The notes beneath the pieces were generated by a model that worked only from the letters and a program-made list of their open reading frames with translations, was not told the DNA's origin and ran no database searches. The position numbers were made by a program, and so were the translations under genes. A stretch of DNA of 64,000 bases from Bdellovibrionales bacterium (GTDB taxonomy: Bacteria > Bdellovibrionota > Bdellovibrionia > Bdellovibrionales > UBA1609): assembly GCA_965219095.1 (NCBI GenBank), contig CBDCMT010000001.1, positions 2,112,001 to 2,176,000 on the forward strand, read 5' to 3'. The first letter of the stretch is position 1. Every line of letters begins with the position of its first letter. Below, piece after piece: positions 22,701 through 31,104 of the stretch.

Positions 22701-22950
22701 CACAGTAGTAGGACTTATGCCTACTATCTATGGAGAAGCTATTGTTGCTCTTACAGGAGGAGTCTTTGGAGGTTATGATCCCTTTATTGTGCCGTTAGCA
22801 TTGGCACTAGGTTGGGGCCTTGCCATAGGAGTGTGTTTGACTGTGACTTTCTTCCCCCCACTCATTGCCATTGTTGATGATTTAAGATTCTATTCGAAAA
22901 CATTTTTCAAAAAAATATTTTATTTCATAAGAAAACATATTTTAAAATGA
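19702..22950 (+). CDS. RND family efflux permease (AcrB/AcrD/AcrF family)
   Basis: PGASPEQVE, GVIVDDAIV, GVIVNNAIMLIDF, RLRPILLT. Confidence 0.95.
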   Translation: MRILLSFFIKRHLLANLMLALAFLFGIISLWKIPRNVFPLVNFDLISISTSLPGASPEQVEKLLLNPIEIALNGIDGIKQIKASAVENFTVVVIEIDPDSNTERVKQDVRNTIEAINDFPKEATEPIINEIDAETNQPFLELSLEMPERNDKLFELSHFAKEELEKVKDIRSVKKVGYRNPEIYVLVDSLKLWNQNISLTQINQAIQSQNISLPAGKALDKRNTEILVRTQGEYESESNKGRDVQRTLLSSVKNTIIRSNDAGYAVSLKDVAHVSMGRKKATQLNRSNGNPAIDFVISKKLRSDAITVAENVKKKIIDLKDKIGEGRISIFRDLSFYIKRRLKILEQNFFLGLILILLLLSLVLPWQVSTVVAAGIPIAILGSITIAYLIGFTLNLISVLGLIIVLGVIVDDAIVIGENIWKKVEENMPIEKAALKGTEEMLSPVTASVMTTILAFVPMLFMSGIMGKFVFEIPLMVIICLVLSLAEVFFLMPSHFVSWLSPFLKDVHIKMKERKRTSKREKFFENFSAIYERWVSWTVRKKYISLGILCLFFTLTGLIVSWKGRFVLFPSGGDEVFYVSIETPSGTPLKETERHVFSIEKEILKLKNTNELESIKTSVGKLCSRNFHQSNRGDEYACIRVNLVQKQERNRNRKVIEDQLREKIKLMKGFTKVTVESAREGPPQGSDISIEILGKDFTVLKEISDRILKKIITMPGTVDVRSSFSSTKEEWRIIPDKRKMAINGLTATQIATTVRASLDGLTPTSLRNLEEEIDIRVKLKRNGAVDTLPWLKSLKIGNSLGNMISLNSVATFEKQQTIRSITHLNGKRSINISGSIDENTIVKGKKLTPLSFIQQISPFIDKVLKEKSNEGKYGYEVSYSGESQDTQESMKTLMSSFIFAFIGIFFLLVLTFHNFIQPFLILMSVPLGLAGVAWALIFHGKPLSFMSGMGVIALSGVIVNNAIMLIDFVNSGRKKGLSLEDSIISAAKRRLRPILLTTLTTVVGLMPTIYGEAIVALTGGVFGGYDPFIVPLALALGWGLAIGVCLTVTFFPPLIAIVDDLRFYSKTFFKKIFYFIRKHILK

Positions 22951-23010
22951 AAATCAGTTACACAATTTAATTTATAGGCTCACAATACAGTTTTCTGACT
23001 TTATTTTTTC

Positions 23011-23058
23011 GCCTCCTCAAAAGAACCTCCGGGAACCCATAGATTCTTTTGAGGAGGC
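23011..23058. mobile_element. 48-bp mini-ISL3 palindrome
   Basis: GCCTCCTCAAAAGAA-18 nt-TTCTTTTGAGGAGGC. Confidence 0.85.
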
Positions 23059-23195
23059 ACTTAAAATTAAAAGGATCAAATGTCACATCTATCAATAATC
23101 GAAACTATTAACTTTTCTTGAGGAAATTTAAAAAGCTTAGGGTGTGTCCTCATTTGCCTAGACCTTTTTCAAGACCTTAGGCGTATTGAATATCT

Positions 23196-23316
23196 GTAAG
23201 TCGGTTTCTTAACAGCCCTTGACTTCTGTGGGGAGGATGTTTCTTAGATTTTAAAAGGGTTTTTTTGAAAGAAGTGTAGTCAGTATAAGTTAGGAGCGGT
23301 TTAAAAACCGAGTTAC
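23196..23316. mobile_element. 121-bp IS66-B-derived MITE with 8-bp TSD GAATATCT
   Basis: GTAAGTCGGTTTCTTAACAGC...GCGGTTTAAAAACCGAGTTAC; TSD at 23188-23195 and 23317-23324. Confidence 0.9.
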
Positions 23317-23375
23317 GAATATCTATAAAGATTGTAAAAAGCTCATAACAAAGGGAGGTGTTATGTTAAGAAAAG

Positions 23376-24908
23376 GTAACTGCTCACCTACATTGTTCAG
23401 TTATCCTTAACTTTAGACCTGTTTTAAGATAAAAGTCTTGCTCTTACAGATTTTCTTTTAAATACTCTTTTCAAATGACAATAAATAAGACCTCCATCAG
23501 AAATGAGATTAAAAATATAAGAAGTGACTTTGATAAGTTTGCAAAGAAAGGTTCTGTGCCTACTGAGATTTCTGTGATTGTTGAATCTCTCTTTAAGGTT
23601 GTGAACATTCTGATTGTTGTGCTTTTAGAAAAACAGGTTCGAAAAAATTCCAGCAACAGCGGTCTTCCTCCTTCGCAAGATTTTAGTCGTCAAGGGAATC
23701 GTAATAAGAAAGCTAGTGGGAGTCAGAAAAAGGGCTCTAGACTTGATAACAGTAAAGATACAAAACAGCGAGGAGACTGTCTTTCCCTCAGAGTGTTCTC
23801 AGTGTGGGATGTTTTTAAAGACAGCAGAGGTAAAAAGCCTTGAGAAGCGTAAAAAGATTGATATTTTTTATGAAATTCAGACCCATACTGTAACTTCTGA
23901 AGTTAAGGATTGTCCCTCATGTGGAGCTAGAAATAAAGGTCAATTCCCTAAAGGTATGAGTGGTCCTCTTCAGTATGGTGTAGGCATTAGAGCTTCCATC
24001 ATCAATTTCATTATAGTTCAGATGCTGTCTTTTCAACGTGTTGGGGAACATTACATGGGGCTTATAGGTCGAATGATTTCTCCTGCAGTTATGTTGAGAT
24101 ACATTGCTGAATTAGGAGAGTTTCTTAAAAGTTGGGAAGAGCAGATGAAAGAAAAGATACTTGAATCAGAGGTCATTCATGTTGATGAGACCTCTATGAG
24201 GGTTAAGGGTAAAAACTACTGGATTCATACTTATAGTTCAGGAGAATTAGTCTTGCAGTTTCTCCACCTTTCAGGTGGAAGGGAAGCCATAAAAGATATT
24301 GGTCTCTTGGATAGATATGGAGGAGTGCTTGTGCATGATTGTTGGAGTCCTTACTTTTGTTATGATAAGATAACTCATGCTTTGTGTGTGGCTCACCTTT
24401 TGAGAGAGCTTAAATTTATAGAAGAAAGCAATGGATTCAAATGGGCTATAAATCTCAAAAAACTTCTTAAAGAGACTGTGGAGTTAGTTCATAAAAAAGA
24501 GTCAAGAGTTCTGACTCAAAAAGAGTACGAAACTCTTCAGAGAAGGTATAGGAGTATTCTTACAAAAGGCTTAAAAGAGCTTCCAGAATTTCCTAAGAAA
24601 AATGGCAAGAAAGGACGAATAAAGCATACACAAGCTCAAAACCTTTGGCTGCGATTTAAAAAGTATGAAGCAGAAATACTGTGTTTTGCTAAAAGAAAGA
24701 ACGTAGATCCTACTAATAACAGAGCTGAAAGAGATCTAAGAATGACTAAAGTGAAAAAGAAAGTGTCAGGGTGTTTCAGAACAGAAGAAATGGCGAAATA
24801 TTTTTGTCGTATTACCAGCTATGTTAAAACAATGAGAAATAGAGGGTATTCTTCTTTAGAAGCCATCTCTATGGCTTTAAATAAAAACTTACGAGAGTGA
24901 GCAGTTAC
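23376..24908 (+). mobile_element. IS66-A copy 2, transposase frameshifted at ~23762
   Basis: TIR GTAACTGCTCAC; TSD AAGAAAAG; ORFs 23475-23843 and 23716-24900. Confidence 0.95.
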
Positions 24909-25085
24909 AAGAAAAGTTTTAACAGATTCTATGTGGAAGGATCTGGAAGCTATTATAAGAGAGAAAGGCTGTTATCATTCAGCAAACAATAGAAATGTTA
25001 TGGAAGCAATTTTATGGAAATTACGCACAGGCAGTCCGTAGCATGATATTCCTGAACAGTTCTGTCCTTGGAAGACAGCATATAA

Positions 25086-26499
25086 TACCAATTACAGAAA
25101 TTAATTCGACATTTTCATGTTCAAATTTAAAATTTTAAAATTGACTTAAGGAAAAGTTTCAGTTAGGAGGTTTTAAAAAAACTTCTTTTAAGGTGAGTTT
25201 AAGTTTTCATAAGATAAGTTTATTTCAGGTATATCTATTTGTTGTGTAAATCGATTGATGGGTTAAAATAAGTGTAAAAAAGTGAGGGTAAAATTTAAAA
25301 TGACAAAAATCAGTTACACAATTTAATTTATAGGTTCAAATTAATTTACAAGCTTGATTCATCTTGTTGTTTTGTCCAAGATCGAGTGCATAATTTTTTA
25401 ATCCTGCCCTCCTGATCGCAAAAAGTATTCCAGGCCTCACAACAAGTATTCACTATATGGTCATAGTTTTTAAAACATGCATTCGATAATTTGATCCTTC
25501 GTAATTGTTGCCAGACTTGTTCCATGGGATTTAATTCTGGACTATAAGGAGGTAAAGGCATCAGGGATAAATTCTTAGGAACTATCAAAGTCTCTGTGGT
25601 ATGCCAACTGGCTCTGTCCATTAAAACAATTCCATGATAGTTTTCTTGAATATTTTTAGATATCTCATCTAAGTGAATTTGCATCATCCCTGAATTACAT
25701 TCCGGTAAAATCCAAGCACAGCCTTTATCTTTATCCGGACAAACTGCTCCAAAAATATAAGTGGATAAAAATTGTCTTTGTCTCACAACTCTAGGCCGTG
25801 TGCCTTTTCTTGCCCAAATCCTGCTCAAAGAACCTTGCTGAGCTTATTCTGCATTCATCCTGCCACCAAATCTCTATTTTATGAGTCTGAATCTTTTCTT
25901 TTATTTTCTCCACCTCTTCTGGAAAATGTTCCTTAAACTGTTCCATAGCTTCTTAATGAACTTTTAGGATGAAGAGAACGACCACTGATCCATACAATAT
26001 TAAGGCGGTCTAAAGAAACATAAACCCCAGAAAGAGAATAGCAACAGTTAAATTCATCTGCTAAAAGTTTCTGTATTTCCTTTGCTCCTATGCTTCCTCC
26101 CTCTCTTTTGTCTTGAATTTCATCTAACTTGATTTTGAAGTTCTCTTCTTCTGTCACTGGCAAACGAGGCTTGCGTCCTCTGCCTTCTCGATCTATCAAT
26201 CCCTCGTAATCAAAGTCTACAAAAAAAGACTGTAACCAGGATTTGATACTGTGACGGTGATACAAAACCATACCTGCTGTTTCTTGAATCGATTTTCCTT
26301 CTTGCATATGCTGCAAAGCCAATAATTTTGTCTTGATGTTGGCACTTCTTTCTACTTTGTAAGTAGCTAGAAAATTATACCCTTGAATCTGTGTAACTAA
26401 ATCTTTTTTCGACATGACTCTAAAAATTTAACAGAGTTTTATCAAAAAGCCAGGACGCAATACGTTAAAAAAATGTCGAATTAATTTTTGGAAATGGTA
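25086..26499 (-). mobile_element. IS630-B copy 2 (ORFs 25933-26415 and 25346-25828), TSD TAA
   Basis: Ends TACCAATTACAG...GAAATGGTA; WWQDE, MDRASWH, LPPYSPELNPME. Confidence 0.93.
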
Positions 26500-26513
26500 T
26501 AATCGCTTTAATA

Positions 26514-27555
26514 ACCCGAGTTTCGACTTTTTTCAGGGCTAAAGGCTAGCTAATATAAACAAATACCTCAGACTTTTGTAAGATTTTCTTGAAAAAGCAA
26601 CTTACAAGAAAAAACACCTTGAGAGTTATAAAAAAACATACAAGGAGGTCTAAGATGTTTAATTCTAATTATATCATATCAATTTATGTTCTTGTCGATG
26701 ATTTTTTAACCCCTCTCATACAGCAGCATCCAGAACTGGTTCCCAAAAATAAAGGAGGTTTTTCTTGTGCTATGTCTCCCAGCGAAATTGTCACTCTTTA
26801 TCTTACTTTTCCAAAGTTCTGGCTTTAGGAATTTTAAAGCCTTTTACCAGTTTGCAAAAGTCTATCTTAAATCTTATTTTCCTAAAATGTTGTCTTACTC
26901 CCGATTTGTGAACATCAAAAAAGACATGGCTTTTTTGATGTTTCTTTTCTTGACAAGCCTTATGAGTAAAACCACCGGCATATCATTTATTGATTCCACA
27001 TCGATTTTTCTTCAAAAATAAAAGAATAGGACGAAATAAGGTGTTCTAAAAGTTAGCTAAAAAGAGGCAAAAGTAGTATGGACTGGTTCTTCGGATTTAA
27101 ACTCCATATTGTTATCAATCACCTAGGAGAACTTTTAAGTTTTACCTTAACTCCGGGAAATGTAGATGATCGAAAGCTAAGTTATGGATTTATAGTAAAG
27201 GGCTGATGGGAAAACTCTTTGGGGACAAAGGTTATATTTCATCAGACCTTTTCAAAAAGCTTTTAAAGAAGGGAGTTAAGCTTATTACAAACGTCAAATT
27301 AAATATGGAGAATAAATTGATTCCCTTATTTGACAAGTTGATGTTGAAAAAACGTTCTGTTGTGGAGGTCAGTGATTGGAGTGTTAAAAGGAGAGTTTCA
27401 TCTTGAGCATTCTCGCCATCGTAGCCCACAAAACTTTGTCATCAATCTTTTAGGTACTCTCATCTCTTACTTGCTTAAAACCTAAAAAACCCTCCATTCA
27501 ACTTAAAACTCAAAACAGGAGCTTCTGAACAATATATAAAAGTCGAAACTCGGGT
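26514..27555 (+). mobile_element. IS982-family copy 2, complete ends, frameshifted transposase
   Basis: TIR ACCCGAGTTTCGACTTT; TSD TAATA; FIDST, GWFFGFKLH-like, LFGDKGYIS. Confidence 0.92.
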
Positions 27556-27594
27556 TAATAGGTGGGCACAAAAAGGGCTATGGAATGATTTTTT

Positions 27595-27642
27595 GCCTCC
27601 TCAAAAGAACCTCCGGGAACCCACAGATTCTTTTGAGGAGGC
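27595..27642. mobile_element. 48-bp mini-ISL3 palindrome
   Basis: Same as 23011-23058; truncates IS5 copy 2. Confidence 0.85.
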
Positions 27643-27778
27643 AATAAATTTAACATATGAGTATTAAAACATAAAAAAAAAATTAAATAAAATGACCTGG
27701 ATTAAAGGCTTGAAAATTGTGAAAAAAATTACTGGTCAGAACACTAGTAAGTGCAATTGGATTTTTAAGTTAGTGTTC

Positions 27779-28564
27779 TTATGATTTTCGTATTTTGATA
27801 AGATTTTTATGATTTGAAATCTTATTTTTCCTAAACCCCTTTTTCTGAAAAAAAATTTTCTGTATGTCTTTTCTAGAAAGAGTTTTTAATTTCCCTGGTT
27901 TTAACTTTCCTAAACGAAGATCTCCAATAGAAACTCTTTTTAGCTTTAAAACATGAAAATCGACTTTTTCAAACATCCTGCGAATTTGTTGGTTTCTACC
28001 TTCCGATATCACAACTTTCACCCAATCATTTCTTATACTATCTTCATATTTGACTTTTTGCACCTTCAAGACTCTTGCTTTTTTTCCAGATAAAGTAACT
28101 CCTCTTTCAAGTTTCCAGAGAGCGTTCCTATGAATATGGCCTCTTACTTTAACCATGTAGGTTTTAGGGATTTTGTATTTAGGATGTATAACTTTTTGAG
28201 AAAATTCTCCATCGTTAGTTAAGAGAATCAAACCCTCTGATTCCCAATCTAAACGTCCTATAGGAAACAGCCTTATAGGTATGTGGGATATAAAATCAAA
28301 AAGAGTAGGTCTCCCTTCTGGATCAGAAAGTGTAGAAAGAACTTTTTTAGGCTTATAAAAAGAAAAGTAAAAGAAATGCTTTTCGAGCTTTACTTGCTTT
28401 TTGTCACAAAAAACCTCATCTTTTAAAGGATCCACTTGATAACCTAAAGTAGTCATTTTTTTTCCATTGATTCGAATATGGCCCTCAGAAATTAACTTGT
28501 CAGCCTGACGTCTAGAGGCTACACCACTCATAGAAAGAAACTTATTAAGCCTTATTTTACTCAT
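27779..28564 (-). CDS. rluB: rRNA pseudouridine synthase, RluB/RsuA family
   Basis: S4 domain RLNKFLS..SRRQAD, IGRLDWESEGLILLTNDG, EGRNQQIRRM. Confidence 0.85.
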   Translation of the reverse strand: MSKIRLNKFLSMSGVASRRQADKLISEGHIRINGKKMTTLGYQVDPLKDEVFCDKKQVKLEKHFFYFSFYKPKKVLSTLSDPEGRPTLFDFISHIPIRLFPIGRLDWESEGLILLTNDGEFSQKVIHPKYKIPKTYMVKVRGHIHRNALWKLERGVTLSGKKARVLKVQKVKYEDSIRNDWVKVVISEGRNQQIRRMFEKVDFHVLKLKRVSIGDLRLGKLKPGKLKTLSRKDIQKIFFQKKGFRKNKISNHKNLIKIRKS

Positions 28565-30119
28565 GATGCTTTAATACTTTTTTCAGCCTTTCAGAAAATT
28601 TATCTCCTGATTCAAAACCATTAAGAGTCAAGTTTTTAAGCCAAATTCCTTGAGAGGAATAAAATGTTACAAAAGGAAGTCCAAAAATTCCGTATTTTTT
28701 TCTTAAAATCTCAAGATCATCTGAGTTCTTTGTAGCATCAAATTTTAAAAATAAAAATTCATCCTTTAGAGCTTTGACCTTTTTATGAGTGAAAGTATAA
28801 ATATCAAGTTCCTTGCAAGCTGTACACCAGTTAGCCCAAAAATCAATCACAACAGGGCGGGATTCTTTAAAAGCAAGCTCTAAAGTCTCTTCACTGTAAG
28901 TTTGCCAAGGTAAAGATTCTTTAATATGATCTTTTTGATAATTTACAAAATAAGTGTTCAAGTAAGAGTAAAGAGGTTGAGAGTAAAACACAGAAAGCCC
29001 TAACATAGAAATCCCTAAAATCACCTTAAAGAATTGGGAAAAGCTCCCCATACGACTGATCTTATTGAGCTTATGACTAAAAGCTCCTAAAAACAAAAAA
29101 GGAAAACCTAAACCAAAAGCAAAGATAAGCAGACTTAAAAAGCCGTAGGACACATCTTGTGTTTGAGCCACATAAGCTAAAAGAGCAAATAAAACAGGTC
29201 CCACACAAGGGCTTGCTATAAGTGCCGCTAAACCTCCTAATATAAAAGCTCCTTTAAAACTTTTCACCGAGCGAGGTTTTGAAAGGAATGTTTCGAAAGG
29301 TGTAATCCATGGCAAAACGCCTAATATAGATAAGCCTAAAAATAAAAACACAAACGTTAGAATAGAAGAAAACCATAAAGTTCCTAAAAAACTTCCAAAA
29401 ATTTGACCTGTAAGAGCAGAAACTAAGCCTATAAGAGAATAGATCACAGCTAAGCCTAAAACGTAACAAAAACTCATAATAAAGGGGTGTTTTAAACTGT
29501 TTCTAAAAGCAGAAACCGTGATAGGAACTAAAGGTAAAACACAAGGTGTAAAACTTGTGAAAAGCCCTGCTAAAAAAACATACAAAATTACAAAAAATAA
29601 ATTTTTTCTCTTCTCAAAAGGGAAGGTTGTTTGATTTAGGATCTTACTATGCTTTTGAGTGATAAGAGGTATTTCTAAATTAATGGTTTGGGGAAATAGA
29701 CAATATCTATTTGTACAGGCTTGATAACTAAGTCCCAACTTAAGGGGAACTTTCCCTTTGTTTATATCATGAGGTAATTTTATTGAAGTTCTTAATTTAT
29801 GATAACCAGAGCCTAAGCCTATTCTTGTTTTTTTAGAGTTGGGATCATAAAATTTAACTTTTGAATCCACTCTTAGCTTATCTACAAAAATATTTTCAGG
29901 ACTGATAAGTTTCAATACTAAAGTTTCTAGGTAGATATAGTGAGAAGGGGCTAGAGAGACCATAAGATGTAAATCTGCTTTATCCCCAGGACTTATAACA
30001 TCCTTATTTAAAGAATAACCCTTAAAAGATAGGGGTTTAGGATTTACCATAACATCATCTACAGCATAAAAATTTAACGTAAAAAAGAAACAAAGAAAGA
30101 AAAAACAAAAGTTTTTCAT
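28557..30119 (-). CDS. dsbD: Thiol:disulfide interchange protein DsbD
   Basis: YQACTNRYC, FTPCVLP, SPCVGP, FWANWCTAC. Confidence 0.93.
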   Translation of the reverse strand: MKNFCFFFLCFFFTLNFYAVDDVMVNPKPLSFKGYSLNKDVISPGDKADLHLMVSLAPSHYIYLETLVLKLISPENIFVDKLRVDSKVKFYDPNSKKTRIGLGSGYHKLRTSIKLPHDINKGKVPLKLGLSYQACTNRYCLFPQTINLEIPLITQKHSKILNQTTFPFEKRKNLFFVILYVFLAGLFTSFTPCVLPLVPITVSAFRNSLKHPFIMSFCYVLGLAVIYSLIGLVSALTGQIFGSFLGTLWFSSILTFVFLFLGLSILGVLPWITPFETFLSKPRSVKSFKGAFILGGLAALIASPCVGPVLFALLAYVAQTQDVSYGFLSLLIFAFGLGFPFLFLGAFSHKLNKISRMGSFSQFFKVILGISMLGLSVFYSQPLYSYLNTYFVNYQKDHIKESLPWQTYSEETLELAFKESRPVVIDFWANWCTACKELDIYTFTHKKVKALKDEFLFLKFDATKNSDDLEILRKKYGIFGLPFVTFYSSQGIWLKNLTLNGFESGDKFSERLKKVLKHHE

Positions 30120-31054
30120 TTTTTAAGGCCGATTTCAACAAGCCTTTGTTGTAAAAAGTTCTCCGCAGGAATAGGTTCATACTTTTTTCCCTCTCCTATA
30201 CAACTTTTTAAGCATTCAATCATAAAATCAGAGTTAGGATGAATGAAAAAAGGCATAGAATAACGGCTTATGTTTTCTGTATCAGGATTTACAACTCTGT
30301 GAGTTGTTGAGGGAAGTACATCATTAGTCAATCGTGACATCATATCACCTGTATCTAAAATGATGTTTTTAGAATCTGTGTCTATAGGAATCCAACGACA
30401 ATTCCGATCTAAGGCTTCTAAGCCTGACTGAGATGCAGAAATAAGAAGTGTAATAAGGTTAATGTCTTCATGAGCCGCTGCTCGCACAGCCCTAGGATTA
30501 TCATTTTTTCTCAGAGGAGGGTAGTGAAGAATTCTTAAAATTGTATTCCCTTCTTCTGTTACTTTATAGAAGAAGTCTGGATCAAGTTTAAGGGGAGAAG
30601 TCAAGGCTTCTAAAATTTGAAGAGAGATTTTATCTAAACAGGAATAAAGCTTTAAAAAAGTTGTTTTGAATCCTTTGATTTCTTCAGGCCATGCATTTTT
30701 AAGAAAAATTTCATAATTCCTATGACTTTTGTCTAAATTTCGTCCTATATGCCAGAACTCCTTCAAATCTGCAACTGTTTGACCCTTAGCTGTCTCTACT
30801 CCAAAGGGAGTATAACCTCTTTGTCCTGAATTTTGTAAGTCGTATTTTTTTTTGATTTTGCTATCTAGACCAAAAAATTCTTGTGATAAGCGATAGGCTT
30901 GATTCATAAGCTCTTCTGAAAGAGAGTGGTTTTTTAAGATTACAAAGCCTATATTCTGAAGACCTTCGAACAAATCTCTAGAAAACAGCTCCTTGTCTTT
31001 CTGATCTCCTAATATGTACTGCTGTAAGTTAAGTTCTTTTATGGTTTGAGGCAT
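30116..31054 (-). CDS. 2OG-Fe(II) oxygenase, isopenicillin N synthase family
   Basis: LRILHYPP, AHEDINLITLL, STTHRVVNP, RYSMPFF; start at 31054 or 31090. Confidence 0.9.
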   Translation of the reverse strand: MPQTIKELNLQQYILGDQKDKELFSRDLFEGLQNIGFVILKNHSLSEELMNQAYRLSQEFFGLDSKIKKKYDLQNSGQRGYTPFGVETAKGQTVADLKEFWHIGRNLDKSHRNYEIFLKNAWPEEIKGFKTTFLKLYSCLDKISLQILEALTSPLKLDPDFFYKVTEEGNTILRILHYPPLRKNDNPRAVRAAAHEDINLITLLISASQSGLEALDRNCRWIPIDTDSKNIILDTGDMMSRLTNDVLPSTTHRVVNPDTENISRYSMPFFIHPNSDFMIECLKSCIGEGKKYEPIPAENFLQQRLVEIGLKK

Positions 31055-31104
31055 ATTCCTATAAATAGAAAAATAAAATAAACACGTCAAGCTTTCTTTA
31101 AAGC

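Larger units (their letters stand above)
23140..27594 (+). mobile_element. IS5 (IS427-like) copy 2, hosting four insertions and truncated at 27594
   Basis: TIR GGGTGTGTCCTCATTT; fragments collinear with the reverse complement of 18773-18452. Confidence 0.88.

Noticed and set aside
19635..22703. Minus-strand ORFs within the RND gene and similar short antisense ORFs elsewhere
   Set aside because: Fully overlap well-supported genes and lack motifs
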